From: a virus
Virus record (IMG/VR): IMGVR_UViG_3300042553_000685
DNA length: 64,000 nucleotides
Reading direction: 5' to 3' (one strand)
In this document: positions 1 through 7,451 of the stretch, one piece after another
How the letters are laid out: every line of letters starts with the position of its first letter
Position numbering within the stretch: position 1 is the first letter of the stretch
Notes under the pieces: model-generated
Database searches by the model: none
The model's input: only the letters and a program-made list of their open reading frames with translations
Told to the model about the DNA's origin: nothing
Position numbers and translations under genes: made by a program

Positions 1-19
1 AGTCTGTAGTCTGATAGTG

Positions 20-283
20 TTACCATGCTAATTGAGTAGGACTTATGTGAACATTAAATTCTACTACGCCGTGCTCTATTAGCATGGCGCATATATATCC
101 TATATTATCCGCTATATCATCTTCTATAGCTAGTACTGCCTCGTATGGTTCTAACTTCTCTACTATAATATTGTCCTCCCCCGCTGTCTGTAGCCAACCA
201 AAGGCATCCTCTCCTACTGTATGTGACCAATCAGACCAATCAAGGGACTGATGCTGTGAGAATGTAATTGATATATAAATCAA
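20..283 (-). CDS. hypothetical protein (87 aa)
   Basis: ORF track; 4-nt overlap with upstream same-strand ORF 280..552; no motif recognised. Confidence 0.4.
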   Translation of the reverse strand: MIYISITFSQHQSLDWSDWSHTVGEDAFGWLQTAGEDNIIVEKLEPYEAVLAIEDDIADNIGYICAMLIEHGVVEFNVHISPTQLAW

Positions 284-552
284 CGTATAACTCCTGATTT
301 CTTAAGGTAGTGTCCTAAGTAAACATATAGTAGCTTAAGGTGCTGAAGATAGGTACGGTTAACTCCGCGTAGTAATCTCTTACTTATTCTAATCCTAAGG
401 ATATCTATATCAGCTGGTGTATCTAAGTAATATAAGCGTAGGAGCTGGTGTATGTCCTCTGGCTCCAGCTCCTCTAACTTCACCTTATCTAGTGGCGCTA
501 GCTTATCTAGTAGTGTTAGCTTGTCCATGATCCATTTCCCTGGCGAGCCCAA
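280..552 (-). CDS. hypothetical protein (90 aa)
   Basis: ORF track; part of same-strand gene chain; start uncertain (alternative Met codon ending at 528). Confidence 0.4.
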   Translation of the reverse strand: MGSPGKWIMDKLTLLDKLAPLDKVKLEELEPEDIHQLLRLYYLDTPADIDILRIRISKRLLRGVNRTYLQHLKLLYVYLGHYLKKSGVIR

Positions 553-1418
553 TAATTATCTACTAATGGGGCTGTATCCCCACCGTTATTCCAGAAGTTC
601 TGCGGCATACCACTCCTATTGGGGGGTAATAATCTGGTCGCTAGACTAGAGCCTACAGGGTGCTGTAGTATATCGCTCTCTCCTGAGTGATTTATCTCGG
701 GACTGAAGCGAGAGAATAGATACTCTCCCCAAAACTCCACGGTTACGGTAGAGGGGGCCCCTAGTAATAATTCTAGTAGTTTAATACGTATAATAGGCCA
801 GTGCAATAAGAATATACCGCTGACTACCTGGGCCGGCCCATCAAGAGTCTGTAGTATCTCTACCGTGTGAGATACGGGGGGATCTACGACTACACGGGCG
901 GCCACCCTCTTACCTACATTGACTAGAGGTAGTACATAGGGTGTAGGAGGAAAGGTACCCTGCTCTTGTCCTAGTGATGGCCAATCAACGGGGCGCTGCC
1001 ATACCAGCGTATTCACACGCTTAGGTCTATAGTGCTTCTCCTGCCTATACGTATTAATACGCTTCTGCCACTGCAGGAAATCACTATCACTGGGCGGGCC
1101 CATATTATAGGGATTAGACACTGAGCCATAGTATACGTCCTCGTAGAAGGGGCGTATGAGTCTATAGTAGTGATCTGCTTCATATACACGAGAATATTGG
1201 CCCAGGCTGACCATATCTAATCGTACGAGATCTGTCTCGTTGAAGCGTATCTCGTGATATCGTCTACTATACACGCGGGCCCCCTGTGTGGTAACCTGCT
1301 GCTCTCCTACTACCCATTCCTCCTCCAATTCACTATTGAACTGCTGTATGACGGCATTAGTAGTAGTGGGGGGTGCGCTTATGGTGGCAGGCTGTGGATC
1401 TCTATTAAATGTAAGCAT
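516..1418 (-). CDS. hypothetical protein, probable baseplate/tail-tip module member (300 aa)
   Basis: Long ORF whose start abuts/overlaps the stop of the PAAR gene at 1418, suggesting co-translation; no motif recognised. Confidence 0.55.
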   Translation of the reverse strand: MLTFNRDPQPATISAPPTTTNAVIQQFNSELEEEWVVGEQQVTTQGARVYSRRYHEIRFNETDLVRLDMVSLGQYSRVYEADHYYRLIRPFYEDVYYGSVSNPYNMGPPSDSDFLQWQKRINTYRQEKHYRPKRVNTLVWQRPVDWPSLGQEQGTFPPTPYVLPLVNVGKRVAARVVVDPPVSHTVEILQTLDGPAQVVSGIFLLHWPIIRIKLLELLLGAPSTVTVEFWGEYLFSRFSPEINHSGESDILQHPVGSSLATRLLPPNRSGMPQNFWNNGGDTAPLVDNYWARQGNGSWTS

Positions 1419-1675
1419 TAGTTTATGAAGGTGTCCTCACTACCTGTTATTATAACGCCACAGAAGACCTGATCTATAATACTCACGGCGGGTATGCCAT
1501 TAATAAGTGTGCGCGGGCTACCAGTGATAGCAGGGCCCGGCACTGACATATCTCCTATTCGTATGGCGGGTCTACCATTAATCATAGTATCAGGACTACC
1601 TGTGTAGAAGGGCCCGTCGGGTATCCTGGGGCATATGCTCCTCACCATATCCCCTATCCTGCACGCTGGAAACAT
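1418..1675 (-). CDS. PAAR-repeat spike-tip protein (85 aa)
   Basis: Repeated segments GSPDTMINGRPAIRIGD and GSPRTLINGIPAV plus conserved Cys, typical of PAAR-domain proteins capping phage/T6SS spikes. Confidence 0.75.
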   Translation of the reverse strand: MFPACRIGDMVRSICPRIPDGPFYTGSPDTMINGRPAIRIGDMSVPGPAITGSPRTLINGIPAVSIIDQVFCGVIITGSEDTFIN

Positions 1676-1845
1676 CTGGTCTACTGTCCTCCTTGTGATT
1701 GCAATTAATCATCATATGATTACTGGTATCTATACTCAACTCCCCCTGACCTACACGGATTATCACTCCCTCGTAGTCTACTGTGAGATACGGGCCGGCC
1801 CATGTAAGATGGGCTCGACTCAGTAGGCGTACTAGAGCTATTAAA

Positions 1846-2208
1846 CTACTTAAGAATCGTATTAGTTTCACCATCATACTCCAATTTACCGTACGTGTGT
1901 TCTAGGGCCTGTTCTGTTACAAAGATACCCTCGTCTTCTAGTGCTTGCATTAAGACCTCCTGGTTAACCTCGGCTGAGGGGCAGTCTAGCAATTCTATCT
2001 GCTCCTGAAGCCAGTCACATCCACTCTCATCTAGGCTATTGTAAGCCATATGAGCTGCTTCTACCTGCTCGGCCTCGCTGAATAATAGGGCGATGACATC
2101 TAGAATAGCCTCAGTGGCCTCCTCATCTCTCTTGATTACTGCTGCTACTAGTAGTTGACTAGCACAGTCTTCGAGTTGTGTGTGCATATTTTTCAATGAT
2201 AATACCAT
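1846..2208 (-). CDS. hypothetical acidic protein (120 aa)
   Basis: ORF track; strongly acidic (many E/D); upstream of PAAR gene on same strand. Confidence 0.5.
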   Translation of the reverse strand: MVLSLKNMHTQLEDCASQLLVAAVIKRDEEATEAILDVIALLFSEAEQVEAAHMAYNSLDESGCDWLQEQIELLDCPSAEVNQEVLMQALEDEGIFVTEQALEHTYGKLEYDGETNTILK

Positions 2209-2235
2209 ACCTCAATCCATTCTAGACTATATTCT

Positions 2236-2949
2236 ATGTATAAAAGTAGTACCCTCGTGATATGGAGTGGCCTTTCTCTCTGGGACAGTCAACCTATAAT
2301 AGTTCTCGCCAGTGGATTCCAACGCCCCAGTATGAATCGTAAGACGGGCTTTATGATACAGACATATATTCTGCGTCAGGAGGGCTCACCTATATCTAAT
2401 ATACAGTCTGGTGCTGATAGTAGTATATGCGGTGATTGTCCCCTGCGGAAACGGGTGTGTTATGTGGATCCGCGGGCCTCTAATAACCTATGGCGTATGT
2501 GGGAACGTGGTGATCTCGATACCTGGAAGAACACTACGCTACCATTCCCCCTACGCCTGGGAGCCTATGGCGATCCAGCTATGGTGCCCCTCTCTGCCTG
2601 GCTACCTCTGATTAATAAGGCACCGGGATGGACTGGTTATACCCATCGATGGCGTGATTGTGACCCTGAGTGGCGCAACTATCTCCATGCTAGTGTAGAG
2701 TCACGTGAGGATTTAAAGCTGGCCCACTCTATGGGCTGGGCTACCTATCGGGTTGCTATAGATGGTGAGCTACCTATTAGGGGAGAGCAGGCCTGTCTCT
2801 ATTCAGTTAACGAGACTCAGTGTAGCGCGTGCCTTAAATGTAATGGTAATACAGGTAAGAACATAGTCATACCGGTACACGGCGTGGTCCATAAGATACA
2901 AGCATTTAACAAGCTTAAGCCACCTATGCCAGACCTAACTCAAGGCTAA
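2236..2949 (+). CDS. hypothetical Cys-rich protein (237 aa)
   Basis: ORF track; Cys clusters CGDCPLRKRVC and CSACLKC; strings YGDPAMVP and GYTHRW look conserved-domain-like but family not recognised. Confidence 0.55.
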   Translation: MYKSSTLVIWSGLSLWDSQPIIVLASGFQRPSMNRKTGFMIQTYILRQEGSPISNIQSGADSSICGDCPLRKRVCYVDPRASNNLWRMWERGDLDTWKNTTLPFPLRLGAYGDPAMVPLSAWLPLINKAPGWTGYTHRWRDCDPEWRNYLHASVESREDLKLAHSMGWATYRVAIDGELPIRGEQACLYSVNETQCSACLKCNGNTGKNIVIPVHGVVHKIQAFNKLKPPMPDLTQG

Positions 2950-3006
2950 TTAGTATTGATTGACAGTTAAGTGTTGCGCCCTCAATCAATCTGGTGTTTA
3001 CTACTT

Positions 3007-3948
3007 TTATGGCAAAGAGTAATTTTCAGTAATAATTGGCATCAACAGGCTGCCGCCACCAGAACCATTACTAACTACTATGTGAAAGTGATCTTCTGGT
3101 GTCGGTGAGTCTGAATTTATAATTCTTACTACACTATTCACTGCTAGATTTTGGTTACTAAATACTAAAAAGGGTCTGGCTCTTCCTAGGGGATAATTAA
3201 TGCCGTAATCGGTAGCGCCGTCATCTCTAAACATAAGATCACTAATATTGGCACCAGGAGTAGGGGTAGTACAGTTTATAGAAGTAATCGGTAATACAGA
3301 TTGAGGAGCTACAGTGCCTGGTGGTGATAGTCCAGGTAACGTCATTTCTTTCATCCTTCCGAACCCTAATCCGCTACCCAATCCACGATAAGCAGCAATG
3401 TAATCCAGTGGATAGGAATTATTGTTCCCAAAATAAGCAACTGATGCCGGATTATCGCAGTATCCGAAATAATGGAATGAAGAATTATTGCCAAAAGTAT
3501 TCAATCCAGTATTATTAATCGCAAACATAGCGATCCCTTTGCTATCCCCACAAGCGTAAAAATATCCTGACTCCGCACCATAGTTACCAAGAATTGAAGC
3601 TCTATTATCGTTAAGTTGAGTTTTTGTTTGGTAAGTGTGGCCTAAGCAGCCCCAAAAAAAGGGGTTTTGTCCAATAGTATTGCTAAAGAAGATTTGCGCC
3701 CGATATCGTCCATCATTAAAACTGTCATTGACGTTTCCTAGCTGTATTAAATCACTATCAACTGCTGGAAACCGAATATTAATCTGATTATCTGGGCTAG
3801 TCTTGACAAACCGATGAGTCGAGGTGATGCCAATGGCATCCAAAAATAAAAGAAAATCAGCCAAATTGAAGTGAACTCCGCCAGCGTCAGCGGTACGCCA
3901 GCCATAAGTTGCGAATCCGTATCTCGAGCCGACAATAGGTAACGTCAT
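3007..3948 (-). CDS. hypothetical Gly/Asn/Ser-rich protein, possibly fibre/receptor-binding-like (313 aa)
   Basis: Long ORF; AT-richer than flanks and without GGGCCC; composition resembles fibre proteins; no specific motif. Confidence 0.5.
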   Translation of the reverse strand: MTLPIVGSRYGFATYGWRTADAGGVHFNLADFLLFLDAIGITSTHRFVKTSPDNQINIRFPAVDSDLIQLGNVNDSFNDGRYRAQIFFSNTIGQNPFFWGCLGHTYQTKTQLNDNRASILGNYGAESGYFYACGDSKGIAMFAINNTGLNTFGNNSSFHYFGYCDNPASVAYFGNNNSYPLDYIAAYRGLGSGLGFGRMKEMTLPGLSPPGTVAPQSVLPITSINCTTPTPGANISDLMFRDDGATDYGINYPLGRARPFLVFSNQNLAVNSVVRIINSDSPTPEDHFHIVVSNGSGGGSLLMPIITENYSLP

Positions 3949-4031
3949 GAATTACTCCTAATTAAATTTTGTGGACAATAATTAAATTGCAGAGGAACTA
4001 CAATAAATTTGCGGGGCCGCCTCTGCCAATA

Positions 4032-4442
4032 CTATCTGTATCTCTTGTGTATATACGCCCCTATCTGGCTCATTACCGTACCTAGCGTATATGCTAGTGT
4101 CTCTTCATCATCATCTATATCTTCTCCTAGTTTAAGTAGACCCTTCAGTCTCAGATATGATGTGGCTATGTGTAGAGCCTCGTGCGCTATTATACCGGCA
4201 TCTAAGTAGGGGAGACATAACCCTACCCATCCCACTCTACTATGTATATAGCCATCTTCATTTACATTATAGTCTGGTATTACTATGGCCTTATAGTCTA
4301 CTGTATGGCCCCCTCTCTTCTGGTGCCCCCATAATAGTAGAGATCCCACGGTGTCGTGAATGCGGGCCTCATAGTAGTGACCATCTTCCTCTAACATAGA
4401 GTTGTCTCTACTCGGATATATACGGAACCTTCCTGTTATCAT
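4032..4442 (-). CDS. hypothetical protein with HExxH motif (136 aa)
   Basis: ORF track; IIAHEALHIA contains a zincin-type HExxH; 4-nt overlap with upstream endolysin gene. Confidence 0.45.
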   Translation of the reverse strand: MITGRFRIYPSRDNSMLEEDGHYYEARIHDTVGSLLLWGHQKRGGHTVDYKAIVIPDYNVNEDGYIHSRVGWVGLCLPYLDAGIIAHEALHIATSYLRLKGLLKLGEDIDDDEETLAYTLGTVMSQIGAYIHKRYR

Positions 4443-5194
4443 GTCAGCACCGCCTGTATTCTCTTCCAGTGCTCTAGTCTATCTGATAACCCTATCAGCC
4501 CGCCATTGATACGTCGTGTTACCTGCCTGAATGCGTTTATATCATTCTTGTCTGCTATTTCATTTAGCCCCCGTGTTCTCCAGTAGTGCGCTGCTATGCG
4601 TGCTGAGTTGATGGGCTCCCTTGCTAGTTCTGGGTTATCTACTAGCGGTAGCCCTAGCATATTCCCCATGTTTTGGTAATTGGCCCGGCCCGTTAACTGA
4701 AATAAACCTCTACCTCTGAATCTTCGCCCATCTCCTACCTTTATATTACCGAGGTCTCTCCTGCCCTCGTATCCCCTCTGTATTGGTGTGGGCCCCCATA
4801 TCTCCTCATCGTAGCGTAGGTTCCCTGACTCGTGCATCAGCTGAGCTAAGAACATCGCCATACGCGCGGGCCCTTTTATATTACACTCCTCCATCGCTGC
4901 CATTAGAGGCCTGTAGTATCGGTCCCTATCTTTCTTAGAGGCGGGAGCTAACGCTAGATCGTACTCTCCTCTCGTCATTACTTCCTCATCTGATAGTAAT
5001 AGACGCACAGAGCCTGGTCCTATTAGGTCGGGCTCCGCTTGATTATTTGCCTTCTTCCACTCCTTCCACCTAGTCTCTGTCCTCGGCCCCATTACTCCAT
5101 CTACTACTAAACCACCTAGCTCTTGTTGTAGCTCCCGCACCTGCTGACTATTTAACTCTTGCAACCGCATTGCTCTATCAATGTTTCTTAGCAT
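4439..5194 (-). CDS. endolysin: PG-binding domain + glycoside hydrolase family 19 (chitinase-like) domain
   Basis: N-terminal LQQELGGLVVDGVMGPRTETRW (PG_binding_1-like); C-terminal FLAQLMHESGNLRY, YEGRRDLGN, GDGRRFRGRGLFQLTGRANY are GH19 signatures. Confidence 0.85.
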   Translation of the reverse strand: MLRNIDRAMRLQELNSQQVRELQQELGGLVVDGVMGPRTETRWKEWKKANNQAEPDLIGPGSVRLLLSDEEVMTRGEYDLALAPASKKDRDRYYRPLMAAMEECNIKGPARMAMFLAQLMHESGNLRYDEEIWGPTPIQRGYEGRRDLGNIKVGDGRRFRGRGLFQLTGRANYQNMGNMLGLPLVDNPELAREPINSARIAAHYWRTRGLNEIADKNDINAFRQVTRRINGGLIGLSDRLEHWKRIQAVLT

Positions 5195-5251
5195 ACTTCT
5201 ATTCGTATCAATGTGCTAATGCTCCTTGTCTTGTATGGGGAGGGGTAGGCA

Positions 5252-5878
5252 TTAGTATCTCCAGCGGGGCCCCTTCTTTCCTCCTGCTCTCCACCCCTTC
5301 GTTAACCCTAGGTGCGTGAAGCCTCTCCCACTCTGGGCCCCCCACCCCAGCGGCCCGTACCAATGCTCGTCTAACCACCTCTCGAACTCGATTAGCTCGG
5401 CGGGGTCTATGGACGCTATGTCTACCGCTAGCCCCTCTATATGCTGACTATTATCCACTCCTCCTACTGCCCTGTTAATCGCGAGGGGCCTATACCAACT
5501 CGTTACTATAATGAGCTTACCCCACTCCTCCCTTATCTTATCTAACTCCTTAGCTAGTCTCACTATATTGTCCTGGATGACCTTACTCGTTGGTATGCGC
5601 GCCGCCTGCCGCTTCGTTACCTCCCTCACAGTAAAGTACTTGCTTACCTTACTCGTCATATTTGTCCAGTCTATCTCCTCTAGTAATAGACCTATAGAAC
5701 CCGGCCCTATTAACCCCGGTTCCCCCATACCCTTACTCCTCTTCCAGTCCTCCCAGGCCTTCCTCGTCATTGGCCCCATTATTCCTGTCTGCTGTATCCC
5801 TAGCCTCCTCTGTAATTCTATTACCTGTATCTCACTCAACTTCTCTATACTAACCGCTCCCTTGATGTCCTTTAACAT
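5252..5878 (-). CDS. endolysin: PG-binding domain + peptidase M15 (D-Ala-D-Ala/L-Ala-D-Glu peptidase-like) domain
   Basis: LQRRLGIQQTGIMGPMTRKAW (PG-binding) and TSWYRPLAINRAVGGVDNSQHIEGLAVDI (M15 H..G.A.D). Start moved to the ATG at 5878, which has GGAGG 7-8 nt upstream. The longer track ORF runs into a non-coding repeat. Confidence 0.8.
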   Translation of the reverse strand: MLKDIKGAVSIEKLSEIQVIELQRRLGIQQTGIMGPMTRKAWEDWKRSKGMGEPGLIGPGSIGLLLEEIDWTNMTSKVSKYFTVREVTKRQAARIPTSKVIQDNIVRLAKELDKIREEWGKLIIVTSWYRPLAINRAVGGVDNSQHIEGLAVDIASIDPAELIEFERWLDEHWYGPLGWGAQSGRGFTHLGLTKGWRAGGKKGPRWRY

Positions 5879-5943
5879 ACCATTACCTCCTATATAACTG
5901 CTCCATACTGCCACACCTCTACAGCTTATTACTGAGCTCTTAG

Positions 5944-6113
5944 ATTCTTGATATTTGCTGGCGGTATTTTGGTCTATTATAAGGTATACCCCCTCCCCCA
6001 CCCTCCTGCTGGCGGTATTAAACTATATACGTATTAATACCTAGAGCTCCTAGATTCTGGATATTTGCTGGCGGTATTTTGGTGTATTATAGGGTATACC
6101 CCCTCCCCCACCC
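5944..6113. repeat. two ~70-bp direct repeats with 100-bp period in divergent intergenic region
   Basis: 5944-6003 and 6044-6113 are near-identical (gagctc[t/c]tagattct[t/g]gatatttgctggcggtattttggt[c/g]tattata[a/g]ggtataccccctcccccaccc); third partial copy tgctggcggtatt at 6007-6019. Confidence 0.85.
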
Positions 6114-6208
6114 AGGGGCTATCCATTTCAACTAATATAGGGATGCTCGATCCTCTTGGGTATTGGTATCACCTGCTTCAAGTAGATGGTGGTATGGCAT
6201 TAATAATA

Positions 6209-6260
6209 GGGCCTGCGGGCCCCTTTTTCCTTCTGGTGAATTTTAATCCTAGGAGGATAC
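6209..6260 (+). promoter_or_regulatory. terminator-promoter-RBS cassette copy 1
   Basis: GGGCCtgcgGGCCC hairpin, CTTTTTCCTTCTGGTGA, ATTTTAAT, CCTAGGAGG, ATG at 6261. Confidence 0.55.
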
Positions 6261-6599
6261 ATGATCTACAAACATTTGCCACGAGAATTTGACTACGCCT
6301 ACCGTGGTCATACTCACACCGACCTCGATTGGGGTCGGTGTGGCGAAGTTCTTTACGCCAGCCGCAGTCTGGCAGTGGCCAAGGACTTCGCTCGTGGAGG
6401 GCATGGGGCTGTGCTCATTCTCGCCTTCGACGGCGACGTCGAAGGCGACCGACCTTGGTGGTACGTAGAGGATGACCCCTCCTACTACGACGAAGTAGTC
6501 CTTCCGACCAGACTATGCGTCTGGTCTAAGTTAGTAATATTCGGCGGTGAGATCATCGCCGAACCAGTGATTAACTGGAACCCAGGTTATACCAAGTAA
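6261..6599 (+). CDS. early-block protein, possible small ADP-ribosyltransferase (112 aa)
   Basis: Own cassette and RBS; ordered YRG (6300-6308), LYASRSL (approx 6351-6371), YDEVVLP (approx 6486-6506) resemble R / S-x-S / E-V-V-L-P motifs of R-S-E ARTs. Confidence 0.6.
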   Translation: MIYKHLPREFDYAYRGHTHTDLDWGRCGEVLYASRSLAVAKDFARGGHGAVLILAFDGDVEGDRPWWYVEDDPSYYDEVVLPTRLCVWSKLVIFGGEIIAEPVINWNPGYTK

Positions 6600-6613
6600 C
6601 CTGGGGTAATTTA

Positions 6614-6669
6614 GGGAGTGTAATGCTCCCTTTTTCCTCGTAGTGAACCTTATCTCTAAGGAGGAGATT
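6614..6669 (+). promoter_or_regulatory. terminator-promoter-RBS cassette copy 2
   Basis: GGGAGtgtaatgCTCCC hairpin, TTTTTCCTCGTAGTGA, CTAAGGAGG, ATG at 6670. Confidence 0.5.
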
Positions 6670-6993
6670 ATGCTTTACGTTTTGAACTCTTTTCCCAATT
6701 CTTTGTACCCCACCACGCCGGGTGGGGTTATAACCAGCACTTGTATTTCAGAGGAAGAGGCCCGCGCTCTCCTCTCCATTACTGACTGGACAAGTGCTAT
6801 AGGGCACCTCTCTACGGCGGAGCTACTCTCCGCCCGTCTCGGAGTAACCGTACCCGATTCACGGGTACAGGTGCCCCCAGGGGCCGAGTATATTGTATGT
6901 TTATTTGTCAGCCCTCGGCGGCTGGCAGAAGGAGAACGATGGACGGAGGAGGATATACTCCAGTTCGACATCAACTACATCCTTGTTAAATAG
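6670..6993 (+). CDS. acrIII-1: DUF1874 / AcrIII-1-family viral ring nuclease homologue (107 aa)
   Basis: MLYVLNSFPNSL, TSAIGHLSTAELLSARLG, SRVQV..EYIVCLF..RRLAEGERWTEEDI and INYILV align along the whole length with my recollection of SIRV1 gp29/STIV B116 (YLANAFSINML, SIGHDSTIQLINSL, NRVEI, RLEEGK). Start set at the ATG at 6670 with AAGGAGG. Confidence 0.8.
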   Translation: MLYVLNSFPNSLYPTTPGGVITSTCISEEEARALLSITDWTSAIGHLSTAELLSARLGVTVPDSRVQVPPGAEYIVCLFVSPRRLAEGERWTEEDILQFDINYILVK

Positions 6994-7002
6994 TTGATAG
7001 AA

Positions 7003-7055
7003 GGGGCACAGTGCCCCCTTTTCTTCTAGTGATCTTTATACCCAAGGAGGGTATT
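7003..7055 (+). promoter_or_regulatory. terminator-promoter-RBS cassette copy 3
   Basis: GGGGCACaGTGCCCC hairpin, CTTTTCTTCTAGTGA, TCTTTATAC, CCAAGGAGG, ATG at 7056. Confidence 0.55.
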
Positions 7056-7190
7056 ATGAATACTAAACTATCAATTGTTATTGCTGTCAGTGCCGTTTTA
7101 CTAACATGCTCTGCCATCATTGGTGGAGTATACGTAGGCATTTGTCACAGTAACTACCCCGTGACGGCGTGCGAGGTAGACAAAGAGTAG
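7056..7190 (+). CDS. 44-aa single-pass membrane peptide (paralogue A)
   Basis: Below ORF-track cutoff; translated by hand MNTKLSIVIAVSAVLLTCSAIIGGVYVGICHSNYPVTACEVDKE; strong RBS; own terminator. Confidence 0.6.
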   Translation: MNTKLSIVIAVSAVLLTCSAIIGGVYVGICHSNYPVTACEVDKE

Positions 7191-7197
7191 TAGTTAA

Positions 7198-7253
7198 GGG
7201 GCCTGGGTGAGGCCCCTTTTTCCTTCTAGTGATCTATAACCCTAGGAGGGATT
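7198..7253 (+). promoter_or_regulatory. terminator-promoter-RBS cassette copy 4
   Basis: GGGGCCtgggtgaGGCCCC hairpin, TTTTTCCTTCTAGTGA, TCTATAAC, CCTAGGAGG, ATG at 7254. Confidence 0.55.
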
Positions 7254-7388
7254 ATGAAATACACATTATCTTACATAGCAGCTATTGCGGTAATTCTTGG
7301 CACATGCGGTGCCATCATTGGTGGAGTATACCATGAGGCCTGTTATGGGCCTCTACCTACCTCACTATGTAAGGTAGACAAAGAGTAG
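7254..7388 (+). CDS. 44-aa single-pass membrane peptide (paralogue B)
   Basis: Hand translation MKYTLSYIAAIAVILGTCGAIIGGVYHEACYGPLPTSLCKVDKE; shares TC.AIIGGVY and C.VDKE with paralogue A. Confidence 0.6.
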   Translation: MKYTLSYIAAIAVILGTCGAIIGGVYHEACYGPLPTSLCKVDKE

Positions 7389-7395
7389 TAGTTAA

Positions 7396-7451
7396 GGGGC
7401 CTGGGCAGGCCCCTTTTTCCTTCTAGTAGTTTATAATCCTAGGAGTACATC
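7396..7451 (+). promoter_or_regulatory. terminator-promoter-RBS cassette copy 5
   Basis: GGGGCCtgggcaGGCCCC hairpin, TTTTTCCTTCTAGTAG, TTTATAAT, CCTAGGAG, ATG at 7452. Confidence 0.55.

Noticed and set aside
1596-1877. Overlapping ORFs 1596..1877 (minus) and 1635..1826 (plus) around the PAAR gene start
   Set aside because: They overlap the well-supported PAAR frame or lie antisense to it, with no motifs. The 170-nt gap is more likely a leader.
5879-6001. N-terminal 41-codon extension of the M15 endolysin ORF
   Set aside because: The extension runs into the 70-bp non-coding direct repeat. An internal ATG at 5878 has a GGAGG RBS and starts at the PG-binding domain.
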